Shown here piece by piece: positions 1 to 8,913 of a DNA stretch of 26,258 bases (positions within the stretch are counted from its first letter, which is position 1; every line of letters starts with the position of its first letter). Below the pieces are notes generated by a model. It was not told the origin of the DNA. It saw only the letters and a program-made list of their open reading frames with translations, and searched no databases. A program made the position numbers and the translations under genes. Origin of the DNA: a virus (Duplodnaviria; Caudoviricetes); IMG/VR virus record IMGVR_UViG_3300044723_000445, positions 1-26,258 of that record. One strand, written 5' to 3'.

Positions 1-514
1 CTACATAATCTGATCCACTGTATGCATCACCTGTATCATATACAGTAGGAGTATAAGAAGGAGAAAATAAACTATTAACTCCTGTTGGTTGAGCAGGTGT
101 TCCACCACCTTTACCTGATCTTACAGGTGGAACTGAAGCATTAATAGCATCCGTTGAACTACGTTGGACTAAATTTGGTCTTTGAAGTGGCAGAAAGGTA
201 GACAAAGCTGATGTAGTAGACATACCAGTAGATAGTTGGGATGGTTGTGTTGGCACACCCATACCTCCCTTACCGCTTGTTGGAGTAGAAGGTAAAGAAC
301 TTAAAGGAGTTTGCAGAGAAGTTTGGGGTGCTGGTCCTTGAGGAGTTCTATTAACAAGACTAATAGGTTGAGGAGGAACTGGAGGAGTTACGGTAGGTGA
401 CACCGTAGCTGTAGGCATTGCTGTTGGCTGTACCAAACCATTACCCACATCTGTGGAAGAAGTCTGGCCTGTATTTTGCAAATACTGTTGTTGATCACCA
501 GTAAGAACTACCAT
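1..514 (-). CDS. Partial Pro/Thr/Ser/Gln-rich protein, probable internal virion protein (runs off the window edge; not in ORF track)
   Basis: ATG at 514, 10 nt after the stop of the 794-aa gene. Frame is open to position 1: MVVLTGDQQQYLQNTGQTSSTDVGNGLVQPTAMPTATVSPTVTPPVPPQP...; SGKGG occurs twice. Function inferred from position only. Confidence 0.7.
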   Translation of the reverse strand, partial: MVVLTGDQQQYLQNTGQTSSTDVGNGLVQPTAMPTATVSPTVTPPVPPQPISLVNRTPQGPAPQTSLQTPLSSLPSTPTSGKGGMGVPTQPSQLSTGMSTTSALSTFLPLQRPNLVQRSSTDAINASVPPVRSGKGGGTPAQPTGVNSLFSPSYTPTVYDTGDAYSGSDYV

Positions 515-524
515 TTATTTCATC

Positions 525-2909
525 CTATGCTAGAAATGATTCTAAGCCTTGCTTAATAGGCTTTTGTTGTTTTGTTTTTCCTGTAGCTTTTTTTCTTATA
601 TTTTTAACAAAGCCATCTAATTTCTTTGCACCTGCATTAGATGATCCACTACCAATCATAGCCACCGCATCTGCAGGTATAACATATTCATCAGGGCTTA
701 ACAACGCCATATCTGGATCATTACCCTCTACATCAAATAAAACTTGATCTGATTGCCCATCACCGGGACCAATAACTTTACCCTCAAAGTATGGTTGTAT
801 CTGCCCACCTCCTGCTATAGTAGGAGTTTTTATGGTTGTTGGTTTAGGTTTTGAACCTAATTGAATCCTAAGTCTTTCTGAAACTTCTCTTGCTCTTTTT
901 GGAGTTTGCTTTGACCATTCAGAAGCTAAAGCTGCTTTTTTAGCAGCATCTCCATCTCCAGCTTCAATAGCTTTTCTCATGTCTTTAAACTGATTAACAC
1001 CAGCTTTACCCATTTGATATACCATTTCTGCAATGGGATTTACTTGCTTATTAGTTAAATTAGGATAAAGCTCTTTTGCTTGTCTTACAGAACTATTCCA
1101 TCTTTTAAGAGCTTCATTATCAATAATAGATCGGCTTATCTCATCACCTTCTTTAAAGTTCTTTTTGCCCATGAGTTTCTTTAAAACGTTATCTGCTAAA
1201 ACACCAGCACCAAATGTTAGTTTATTTTTAGTATCAAAATAACCAACATATGAATCAGTATCTTTATTATAATATTTTGGGCTTTTAAAGTAAGCATCTC
1301 CAAACTCTAATGGCCTTACAACTTCTTCAAAATATTCTCTATCAATAGAATTTTTTTTTGAGCCTGTGCTGGTGCTGCCACCATTAGACAAGCCAACAAG
1401 ACCGCCTTGATTAAATCCAAAATTACCTCCTGTATTAATTGGCTGTGCTCCCTGACCGTATGGAGTTGCAGTAGCAGCAGGGTTTTGATTTAATCCACCC
1501 TGTATCAAAGCTCCTAATGCTGCCCCTCCTACCGTATTAGATATAAATTTATCCACCTCCGATGCTGCTTTTCTTTTCTGAAGTATCTCTTCTTCTTTTC
1601 TTTTCTCTTCAGATGCTACAGTATCTTCTTCAACCTGAGTATCAACTTCTTTTGCTTCGGGTGTTCCACCTTCAGCTAATGTAACAGTATCTTCTTCCTC
1701 ATATCTAAATGGTGTTAAGGGTGATTGAAGTCCACCCTCTAAAGCAAGTCTAGTATAATCCTCTTGACTTAAATCTCCTTGAGTAAATTCACCACCAGTT
1801 AGTTTTAAATCTCTAGGAGTATATGTGCTTTCTAATGCAGCTAAACCTTCATCTTGACTAGGATCAAATTCTGGAGGAGCCATCATACCTTCTACCGCAC
1901 CAAATGCTAGAGGAGTATAAGTTGATGGTCTTTGTAATAATGCCCGTGCTATCTCACCAGTTGTCAACTCATTCCCTGCTCCTAAAGATTTTTGAACGTA
2001 TGGAAGTGTTTTTATACCACCAACTGTTACAACTTGTTCACCCGGATTTAATCCAGCTTTAACTGAGTCTCCAATTGATGTGCTACCTAGGTCTTTTGCT
2101 AAACCTCCTTCAACACTAACAACTTTAGGAACAGGAGCAGATGCAGCAGGTAGAGCAGATACAGCAGGTGGAGCAGTAGAGGCAACAGGAACTTGAGAAC
2201 CTATTGCTGGATCTAGAAGAGATCCAGATATGTATGAACCTGATGGAGACAAAACTTGTCCAGCATTAATAGCAGGAGTAACTGTTAATTCAGGACGTAA
2301 CAATGATTGTGGTGATGCAAATTTTCCAAATTCACCAGCATTAATAAAAGAAGGAGTAGCTGTTAATTCAGGACGTAACAATGATTCTGGTGATGCAAAT
2401 TTACCTACTTCAAGTCCAGCTTCAGTTATAGGCTGTCCAATAGTTTGTTGTGTTGCTGTTCCTGCTTCTTTAAGTCCTGCTGCTAGCTCAGTAGGACTTG
2501 GACCCATTATACCCGCCATAATACCACTAGTAGCACCAGATACTAAACCACCTATAAGAGCTTCAGTTGGTGATTGACCTGCTGCAAGTCCACCAGTAAA
2601 TCCACCAATACCTGCACCAAGTCCAGCACCGGCAGCGGCGGCAAAAGCACCCTCTCCAAGAGCTGTGCCAATGCCGGGACCAAGCAATACACTACCAGCA
2701 ATTGCACCTATGGCTGGCAACAGTGATCTAAAACTAAATGCTTCAGGTAGTCCTGTATCAGGATTAATAGTCAACTGACCTACGCTAGCAAGACCAGCAA
2801 GCTCATCAGGTCTAACATGCAAAAGCTCTGTATCCCCATAACGTCCCTTTGCTGCCATCAATCCAGCTATGCCGCTATAAGGAGCATCTTGATTCATCAT
2901 TCCTACCAT
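525..2909 (-). CDS. Internal virion/ejection protein with embedded T4-lysozyme-like (GH24) domain
   Basis: N-terminal GRYGDTELLH...TINPDTGLPEAF followed by Gly/Ala hydrophobic helices. Lysozyme motifs YFDTKNKLTFGAG, MVYQMGKAGV and SEWSKQTPKRA match T4 lysozyme YKDTEGYYTIGIG, MVFQMGETGV and SRWYNQTPNRA. C-terminal GPGDGQSD...LSPDEYVIPADAV. GGAG RBS upstream. Confidence 0.8.
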   Translation of the reverse strand: MVGMMNQDAPYSGIAGLMAAKGRYGDTELLHVRPDELAGLASVGQLTINPDTGLPEAFSFRSLLPAIGAIAGSVLLGPGIGTALGEGAFAAAAGAGLGAGIGGFTGGLAAGQSPTEALIGGLVSGATSGIMAGIMGPSPTELAAGLKEAGTATQQTIGQPITEAGLEVGKFASPESLLRPELTATPSFINAGEFGKFASPQSLLRPELTVTPAINAGQVLSPSGSYISGSLLDPAIGSQVPVASTAPPAVSALPAASAPVPKVVSVEGGLAKDLGSTSIGDSVKAGLNPGEQVVTVGGIKTLPYVQKSLGAGNELTTGEIARALLQRPSTYTPLAFGAVEGMMAPPEFDPSQDEGLAALESTYTPRDLKLTGGEFTQGDLSQEDYTRLALEGGLQSPLTPFRYEEEDTVTLAEGGTPEAKEVDTQVEEDTVASEEKRKEEEILQKRKAASEVDKFISNTVGGAALGALIQGGLNQNPAATATPYGQGAQPINTGGNFGFNQGGLVGLSNGGSTSTGSKKNSIDREYFEEVVRPLEFGDAYFKSPKYYNKDTDSYVGYFDTKNKLTFGAGVLADNVLKKLMGKKNFKEGDEISRSIIDNEALKRWNSSVRQAKELYPNLTNKQVNPIAEMVYQMGKAGVNQFKDMRKAIEAGDGDAAKKAALASEWSKQTPKRAREVSERLRIQLGSKPKPTTIKTPTIAGGGQIQPYFEGKVIGPGDGQSDQVLFDVEGNDPDMALLSPDEYVIPADAVAMIGSGSSNAGAKKLDGFVKNIRKKATGKTKQQKPIKQGLESFLA
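2261..2405 (-). repeat. Two-copy in-frame tandem repeat (26 aa, 78 bp period)
   Basis: GKFASPESLLRPELTATPSFINAG / GKFASPQSLLRPELTVTPAINAG; DNA ctgttaattcaggacgtaacaatgatt is present twice. Confidence 0.9.
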
Positions 2910-2937
2910 CTATAATTCTCCAAGTTATATTTTATAT

Positions 2938-2966
2938 ATTATACAATAAAAATTAGTTTTATGCAA
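2938..2966 (-). promoter_or_regulatory. Sigma70-type promoter upstream of the ejection protein genes
   Basis: Minus strand TTGCAT (2966-2961), 17-nt spacer, TATAAT (2943-2938) in an intergenic gap. The -35 box lies inside the inverted repeat TAGTTTT-N4-AAAACTA. Confidence 0.75.
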
Positions 2967-2968
2967 AA

Positions 2969-3241
2969 CTAGTGAAAATCAACCCAAGCATTATTTACAT
3001 AACCTTTAAACTTGCCAGAGCTAGCTGAGTATGCTACATAACCACTTTGAGGTCTACCTATCTCTGTGACAGTTACAACAGAGTAAATTTTAGTTGAAGG
3101 TCTAGCATCTAATTCTATATCTCTACTCTCCAATAAAAATTTTATTTCTGATGCCCATGTATTAATTGAATTATATAGTTGAATTAATTCTTCATCAGTA
3201 ATATTATAATTAACATTAAAGTTAGGATATGAAAAAGACAT
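2969..3241 (-). CDS. Small tail-associated hypothetical protein (90 aa)
   Basis: TAATG overlap with the nozzle gene stop; C-terminal YSASSGKFKGYVNNAWVDF resembles short beta motifs of tail fibre/needle proteins. Confidence 0.7.
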   Translation of the reverse strand: MSFSYPNFNVNYNITDEELIQLYNSINTWASEIKFLLESRDIELDARPSTKIYSVVTVTEIGRPQSGYVAYSASSGKFKGYVNNAWVDFH

Positions 3242-5127
3242 TATCGTTTACCTGCTGGTTGCATAGCTATTCTAACACTACCCCATTTCCAAGACGTATT
3301 AATATCAGACGTTGATACTCTAACATTAGCCTGTCTACCCCTAGCCCTCATATCAATTTTTCTAGTTTGATTTGTTATATCGAAAGGGCCTACTTCCGTT
3401 GTAGAATCTGAAGGAAAATCTTTAACATTTAAAGAAAATTTAATTGTTCCTTGATTGATATCATAGTCAGGAATAATTCTATCCATAAACATAATATCGT
3501 CACCATCACCCATATCAAAATCAGCACTTTCAATAAAAGAAGATAATGCTTGACCATCACCAGAGAAAACAGAAGTTGGCTCATTAAACCAAAGGTACTG
3601 TGGGTTAGTTGTTGAAACTGTACCGCTTACTGCTCCAGTTGCTACCGTATTAAGGAAAATAGAATCATCAATATAGGTAGTATAAAAATTACTTCCGTAG
3701 ACCCAAGTATTTTCCATATAATTATATATTACATAACCATTAGGTTCATTTGATCCTTCTTTAGGATATAACCAAATAACCTCATGAAACTCAGAATTAA
3801 GTCCTGCAAATACTTTAGACTTTTGAGTCATATTAAAATCATCATATAAAAATCTTCTAATGGTACAATCTAATTTTTTAACCGAACCATCAAAGATATA
3901 AAAATCAGTATCACCCATCCAGAATGTTCTACCACCAACATCAATTGCAGCATGTGCACCAATTAAACCACAGTTCGTACCGACTTGAGTTAATCTAAAA
4001 ATAAACGGAGGACCAACATACTGTAAAGTATATAAAGCATTGTCAGTGTAAATAAGAATAGCATTACGTCCTCGCACACCTCCTATAATTCTAGTACCAT
4101 CAATTAACTGTAGCTCACCTGATGTAGAAGAAACTGAAGGAGTCCAGTTAGAAAAACTTTCTTGATCAGACCATCTTACTAGTAATGGATTAAATACAGA
4201 TGTTGCAAACTCTTGCGTACCTAAAGCAATAACATGTCTATCGTTGGGAGAAATAACAATGCTATTTATCTGCTCTGGAGATGTTGGTACAATACTTGCT
4301 CTAATAGGGGTTAAACTAGCCGTAGCATCCCAGTGAATTAACTGTCCTCCCGCTCTAGCAGCTAATAAATCTTCACCAAAGTTATCTAAAGACCACTGTG
4401 TCCCTAAGAAAACAATATTAGAAGATTCTGCCGGGCTATTCCAACCTCTTTCTCCTGTTGTAGAAGCACCTGCATTATATACACCAGCACCATATCCTAA
4501 TCCTTGAATAGGATTTGACTTACCTGATGCTAATAAAAAGAATGCAACTCCACTACCTTGATCTGTTTCAGTGCTAGTAGCTACGCTAGTTACACTAATA
4601 AAGAAATTATTTAATCCTTGAACACTAACAACCTCAAAGGTTGGACCACCAAAAGAAGAGGCAGAAAAGTCTAAGCCATCTGTTCCAAATCCATTAATAG
4701 ATGTATTAGAAAATTCTACAAAGTCACCAACGGCTCGACCATTATTATTAGAACTAACTTCAATTAAAGGTGATCCAGCAGCAGTATTGAAACTTCCTCC
4801 AGTTCCTAAATCTCCAATACTAACAGTGCTGACAATCGGTGTTACATCATAAGAAAAATCATTATATACAACGTATAATTTACTTTCAGTACCAAACCCT
4901 AAAAGTTTTTCTGTATTATTATTTGTCCATGCAAGCAAATCTCTAGCTATTCCAATAAAAGAGTTATCAATAAATTTTTGATACCCTCTTAAATTTTCAG
5001 GTTTACCTTCTCTAAATCTGACCCGATCACCATCAAACCACTTCCCCTCCTCAGAATACTGAGTAGACTCTCGGTGAAACCCCGGCTTGAAATTTAATTT
5101 CTCTAATTTTGAAGTAGTAGATGGCAT
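3241..5127 (-). CDS. Tail nozzle / DNA stabilisation protein (P22 gp10 / T7 gp12-like, inferred)
   Basis: 628 aa, beta-rich; motifs FKPGFHRESTQY, WSLDNFGEDL, VRWSDQE, GTNCGLIG. Size and position before the ejection genes fit a podoviral nozzle. Confidence 0.65.
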   Translation of the reverse strand: MPSTTSKLEKLNFKPGFHRESTQYSEEGKWFDGDRVRFREGKPENLRGYQKFIDNSFIGIARDLLAWTNNNTEKLLGFGTESKLYVVYNDFSYDVTPIVSTVSIGDLGTGGSFNTAAGSPLIEVSSNNNGRAVGDFVEFSNTSINGFGTDGLDFSASSFGGPTFEVVSVQGLNNFFISVTSVATSTETDQGSGVAFFLLASGKSNPIQGLGYGAGVYNAGASTTGERGWNSPAESSNIVFLGTQWSLDNFGEDLLAARAGGQLIHWDATASLTPIRASIVPTSPEQINSIVISPNDRHVIALGTQEFATSVFNPLLVRWSDQESFSNWTPSVSSTSGELQLIDGTRIIGGVRGRNAILIYTDNALYTLQYVGPPFIFRLTQVGTNCGLIGAHAAIDVGGRTFWMGDTDFYIFDGSVKKLDCTIRRFLYDDFNMTQKSKVFAGLNSEFHEVIWLYPKEGSNEPNGYVIYNYMENTWVYGSNFYTTYIDDSIFLNTVATGAVSGTVSTTNPQYLWFNEPTSVFSGDGQALSSFIESADFDMGDGDDIMFMDRIIPDYDINQGTIKFSLNVKDFPSDSTTEVGPFDITNQTRKIDMRARGRQANVRVSTSDINTSWKWGSVRIAMQPAGKR

Positions 5128-5133
5128 ATGTTT

Positions 5134-6111
5134 TTATCCAAATGAAGATACTAAAACCATATCAATTGCACTTACACCCCTAACATTGTAAACCAACATA
5201 TCTACAGCACTAGCTACTGTAGATAAAACAGGAATCTCTGCGTCAGGAAAATTATAACTATCTCCGTATGATAGTGTCCGACTTCCAGTGTTATCCTGAA
5301 ATACATAGATATATCCACTTTGTCCTGGCAATGCATTTGATGGATTCTGCAAAGTTCTATTGCCCGTTAAAGAAACAAAGAAGGTAGTGGCTGTCGATAG
5401 ATCAAGAGCAATTGATGCTGCTTCTGTTAGAGTAACAGGTGGAACTACAAGTTGACCAGAGAACGTAGCTTGTGAATTAAATGTTGCACTTCCTACTACA
5501 CTAACAATATTTAAAACTGCATTAGAAACAACTGCTGAATCAGCCGCAATAGAGGTTGTATATATACTAGTGGCTGATACACTTGTAGCAAAGCCCACCG
5601 CAGATGCAAAGGTTACAGGTTTATTAAAAGTATTAGTATCTGTAAAAGTATTAGCCGAAGATAGTTTTGCAAAGCTAGCAGTTGTATCAGCAGTTAAATA
5701 ATCAAGACCATAAACAGAAACACTATCACAGAAAAACATTTTTTTGCTGCCGCTTGCAACTGTTGATCCTGAACCAGAGCCTGACCCACTTTTCAAAGTA
5801 ATTACTGCTGAATTTTCTCTGGTAGTCTTGTCGTTAATAATATAAGCTTTAGATTTTTCTGGAATAATAACATTTAAGCTAGCAGAAACAGTTCCAGATA
5901 ATTCTAAAAAGGGACTACGAGATTGATCTGACGTTCCGTCATTAGATGTTAAGGTTACATCTGCACTAGAAACAGTAATGGTAGTGTATGCAGCAATAGC
6001 CTCATCTACTAGATCAATAACATTTTGATTTAGAATAGTACCCCAACTATTAGGATTTTCTCCATCACCTTGTTTTTCTAATCTAATTCTAGAAGTATAA
6101 GTACTAGGCAT
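5134..6111 (-). CDS. Tail fibre / tail appendage protein (325 aa)
   Basis: N-terminal MPSTYTSRIRLEKQGDGENPNSWGTILNQN attachment-type segment; Ser/Thr/Ala-rich shaft; C-terminal LTGNRTLQNPSN...QDNTGSRTLSY domain typical of fibre tips. Confidence 0.7.
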   Translation of the reverse strand: MPSTYTSRIRLEKQGDGENPNSWGTILNQNVIDLVDEAIAAYTTITVSSADVTLTSNDGTSDQSRSPFLELSGTVSASLNVIIPEKSKAYIINDKTTRENSAVITLKSGSGSGSGSTVASGSKKMFFCDSVSVYGLDYLTADTTASFAKLSSANTFTDTNTFNKPVTFASAVGFATSVSATSIYTTSIAADSAVVSNAVLNIVSVVGSATFNSQATFSGQLVVPPVTLTEAASIALDLSTATTFFVSLTGNRTLQNPSNALPGQSGYIYVFQDNTGSRTLSYGDSYNFPDAEIPVLSTVASAVDMLVYNVRGVSAIDMVLVSSFG

Positions 6112-6113
6112 TC

Positions 6114-6494
6114 TTAAATTCCTTTTCCTTCAACACCTGTGGCTACTGTATAACCTTTAAAAGAGGGATAAACAGGTGACTTAATTTTAAGTATAATAGT
6201 ATTTCTATTGTTATAATCTTTGTAACTTCCAATAATATCAGTAATTAAAAATATTTGTGGTGGTCTTATTTCTAGACAATTAGAATTAATAATATTTTTA
6301 TAGATAGTTAAGATAAGTTTTTCTTGACTTTTAGTATCAGCATAAGCTATATCCATTATAGCTTTTTCTTTTTTACACATAAAAATTACAACTGCTTTGT
6401 CACCAATTTGCCAAGTATTTGCTAGAGCTAAACCATAATTAGACACCAATAAAAAGAATAAAATAGCTGCTAAAATTAAAATTATTTTTTTCAT
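6114..6494 (-). CDS. Hypothetical exported or membrane-anchored protein (126 aa)
   Basis: Likely start ATG at 6494, right after the upstream stop. MKKIILILAAILFFLLVSNYGLALA looks like a signal peptide ending in A-x-A; two Cys in the mature part. Confidence 0.65.
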   Translation of the reverse strand: MKKIILILAAILFFLLVSNYGLALANTWQIGDKAVVIFMCKKEKAIMDIAYADTKSQEKLILTIYKNIINSNCLEIRPPQIFLITDIIGSYKDYNNRNTIILKIKSPVYPSFKGYTVATGVEGKGI

Positions 6495-6495
6495 T

Positions 6496-8202
6496 TTAAT
6501 TAATAAACCTTTGTAGTGAATCTCCATATTTATCTTTTAACAAGTCGGTATTAGTTGAGGTATCTCCAGCATAAATAATATTATTATTATTATCTATTGC
6601 TATAGTACTTCCCCATCTAACTCTTAAAGAACCAATTTTTAATTTTTTATCTCTATAATCTGCATCTGAAGTATAATCAAAGATGTAATCTTTTGCTGTA
6701 AATTTATATGACTCTAAAGTATCTTTAATCTTTTTATCAGGATTTGAAATAGACCATTTTTGAAAATTATCAGTTCTAAAGAAGGGACGAGAGTTAGCTA
6801 AATAATTTTTGTTTTTAACAAGGGATAGTGCTCTATAACTTACCTCATCCCATTTTAAATTAAAATTCCACCACCAAAATAAATCCTTAATAGATGATAT
6901 AGTATAAGGACTTTTAGAATTAAATAATTTTATTTCATCTATGTTGTCAGGATATTTTTCTTTTAAAAATTCATCTACCGTCATAAGAAATAGTTCAGGA
7001 TGAGACATCAATCCTGATGAGCCAAAAAGTTGATCGCCACATTCACCTGTAACAGATATACCAGTACCTAAATTATTTTCAATGTGTTTTAGAATGGGAG
7101 AGAAAAAAGGTTTATCCATGTAATATTTATCAGGGTCTTTTACTGGTTCTACAACTTTTTCTGTTTGAATTTTCCCATCAATATAATTATTCCAAAATAA
7201 AGAATACTCTTCAATAGAAGCGTCAGTATAAATAATTTTTAATCTATCGTGCCAATCAGACGGTTTAGATTTTAGTAGACTTACTAATGCTACTGTGCTA
7301 TCTATTCCACCACTCCAGTATACTTTTATTTCTTTATTTTCATTCCATAGATTTACACCTGTTTCATCTGCTACCTCTATAAAGGTTTTTGTAAATCCTG
7401 TAGCATCAGGTATTGGACTACCCTCTAACTTTAAATTACTAGATAAAGTATTTGTTCGATCATTAGGAGTCCAAAGACAATGAATATCTCTTCCTATAGC
7501 ATCTAAAGTTGTTTTTTTATATTCACCCGATCCAACTCTTAAAAAATCTGGGCGAGCAAAAATTAATTTATCACCTAGTGCATCTGTTGATACATCAACC
7601 GATGTCTGAGTTTCAAAATTAAATATATCAACAAATTTATCTAAAACTTTTATACCACAATCAATATCTAATGGACCGAAAACACTTCTAATTTGTCCAA
7701 CACCTACTGCAGTGTGTAAAAGAATTGCACAATCTATACATTCTTCTTCAGATACAGGATTAATAAATTCATCTTGATTATTTAAAATATCTACACAAGT
7801 TTGAGGATCAGTAGCATCTAAAATTTCTTGACGTCTAGTTTTATATAATTCCTCAATAAATAATCTAGATGCATTATTCTTAAATTGTTGTAATGCATTG
7901 TCAACTTTTTCTTCTTTAGTATTTCCTATAACTGTAGTTGCTTGATTTGTAGTTATTTCTGATCTAAGGAATTCTTCAACTTGTGTAATATTTTCAGGTT
8001 CTGGAAAATACCAATCTCTAATTTTTATATATAGATTATTAAATCTTTCTAGAACAACTTTTTTAACAGTTGGTAAATCTTTCCACTGTTCTTCAAAGGC
8101 TGTCTTATCTGCATTAAGAACCATAATCTTTAGGTCAATATCAGAAGGTGATTTATCACTTCCCGGTATTGGATTATCTATTCTTTTTAATACTAAACTC
8201 AT
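6496..8202 (-). CDS. PP-loop ATP pyrophosphatase, asparagine synthetase C-terminal domain-like, with an unknown N-terminal region
   Basis: VYWSGGIDSTVAL PP-loop and VTGECGDQLFG (AsnB has SGEGADELFG). No N-terminal Cys glutaminase domain. Confidence 0.8.
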   Translation of the reverse strand: MSLVLKRIDNPIPGSDKSPSDIDLKIMVLNADKTAFEEQWKDLPTVKKVVLERFNNLYIKIRDWYFPEPENITQVEEFLRSEITTNQATTVIGNTKEEKVDNALQQFKNNASRLFIEELYKTRRQEILDATDPQTCVDILNNQDEFINPVSEEECIDCAILLHTAVGVGQIRSVFGPLDIDCGIKVLDKFVDIFNFETQTSVDVSTDALGDKLIFARPDFLRVGSGEYKKTTLDAIGRDIHCLWTPNDRTNTLSSNLKLEGSPIPDATGFTKTFIEVADETGVNLWNENKEIKVYWSGGIDSTVALVSLLKSKPSDWHDRLKIIYTDASIEEYSLFWNNYIDGKIQTEKVVEPVKDPDKYYMDKPFFSPILKHIENNLGTGISVTGECGDQLFGSSGLMSHPELFLMTVDEFLKEKYPDNIDEIKLFNSKSPYTISSIKDLFWWWNFNLKWDEVSYRALSLVKNKNYLANSRPFFRTDNFQKWSISNPDKKIKDTLESYKFTAKDYIFDYTSDADYRDKKLKIGSLRVRWGSTIAIDNNNNIIYAGDTSTNTDLLKDKYGDSLQRFIN

Positions 8203-8318
8203 TTTATAAAACTCTTTTCCAATTGATGAAGCTGCACTATTACTCTAACTTGTTCTTGAGAATACGCAAAACAACCATAAAAAACAAAACACAAACCAAA
8301 AAAATTTAGTGTATACAT
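8199..8318 (-). CDS. Putative 39-aa peptide (not in ORF track)
   Basis: MYTLNFFGLCFVFYGCFAYSQEQVRVIVQLHQLEKSFIK; fills the cupin to PP-loop gap; its TGA overlaps the next ATG (ATGA). No obvious RBS. Confidence 0.4.
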   Translation of the reverse strand: MYTLNFFGLCFVFYGCFAYSQEQVRVIVQLHQLEKSFIK

Positions 8319-8328
8319 AATATATTTT

Positions 8329-8913
8329 TTAGACAACATGTGTTCCCAACATCATAGGATGGTTAAATTCTTCATTAGTACTAGACCATATATGCATAGG
8401 AACAACAATCAAGTCTTCATCGTCTGTTTCAAAGTGATGTGGCTCCATAGCATTTAAAATTAAAGTTTTGCCTTCAACTAATTTATATCTCTCTACATTA
8501 GAACCTACACCTGAAACTGCTGTACCTCTCCCCGATAAAACATATACCACTCTATCTGTTGAATGAATGTGATGTTTTTGTTCTGAGCATCCAGCAGGTA
8601 TCTTTAATAATTGCATACAAGGATCACCAGATCGAATAGGAGGTAAGATATTATTTGTACTGCACCCATTAATATAAGGTAAATAAGTATTTAAATTAAT
8701 TTGAGCAGTTCTATTTGGTGGTGTGTACCCATATATAGTAATAATAACTTCACCAAAACATGTACCCGAATTCTTAACCGATACACTTTCTTTATTAATA
8801 ATCCATGCTGAACTATTTTTAGGTACTTTATATTGGTTTCCTGTGTTATCTACTTGGTAATAGTATAAACTATTTTGAGGTGCAATGTAAGTGTAATTGT
8901 TTAAAAATAACAT
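8329..8913 (-). CDS. Cupin-fold metalloprotein
   Basis: Cupin motif 1 HHIHSTDRVVYVLSGRG and motif 2 GKTLILNAMEPHHF; starts immediately after the adhesin stop. Confidence 0.8.
   Translation of the reverse strand: MLFLNNYTYIAPQNSLYYYQVDNTGNQYKVPKNSSAWIINKESVSVKNSGTCFGEVIITIYGYTPPNRTAQINLNTYLPYINGCSTNNILPPIRSGDPCMQLLKIPAGCSEQKHHIHSTDRVVYVLSGRGTAVSGVGSNVERYKLVEGKTLILNAMEPHHFETDDEDLIVVPMHIWSSTNEEFNHPMMLGTHVV

Noticed and set aside
2911-2923. 13-nt sequence TTGGAGAATTATA (minus strand) also found at 17847-17859
   Set aside because: Explained by a shared GGAG ribosome-binding site plus an AT-rich spacer; two copies are too weak to call a regulatory element.
6496-8913. Canonical lasso peptide cluster
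   Set aside because: No transglutaminase-like B peptidase, RRE protein, transporter or precursor with a typical leader is visible in the window.
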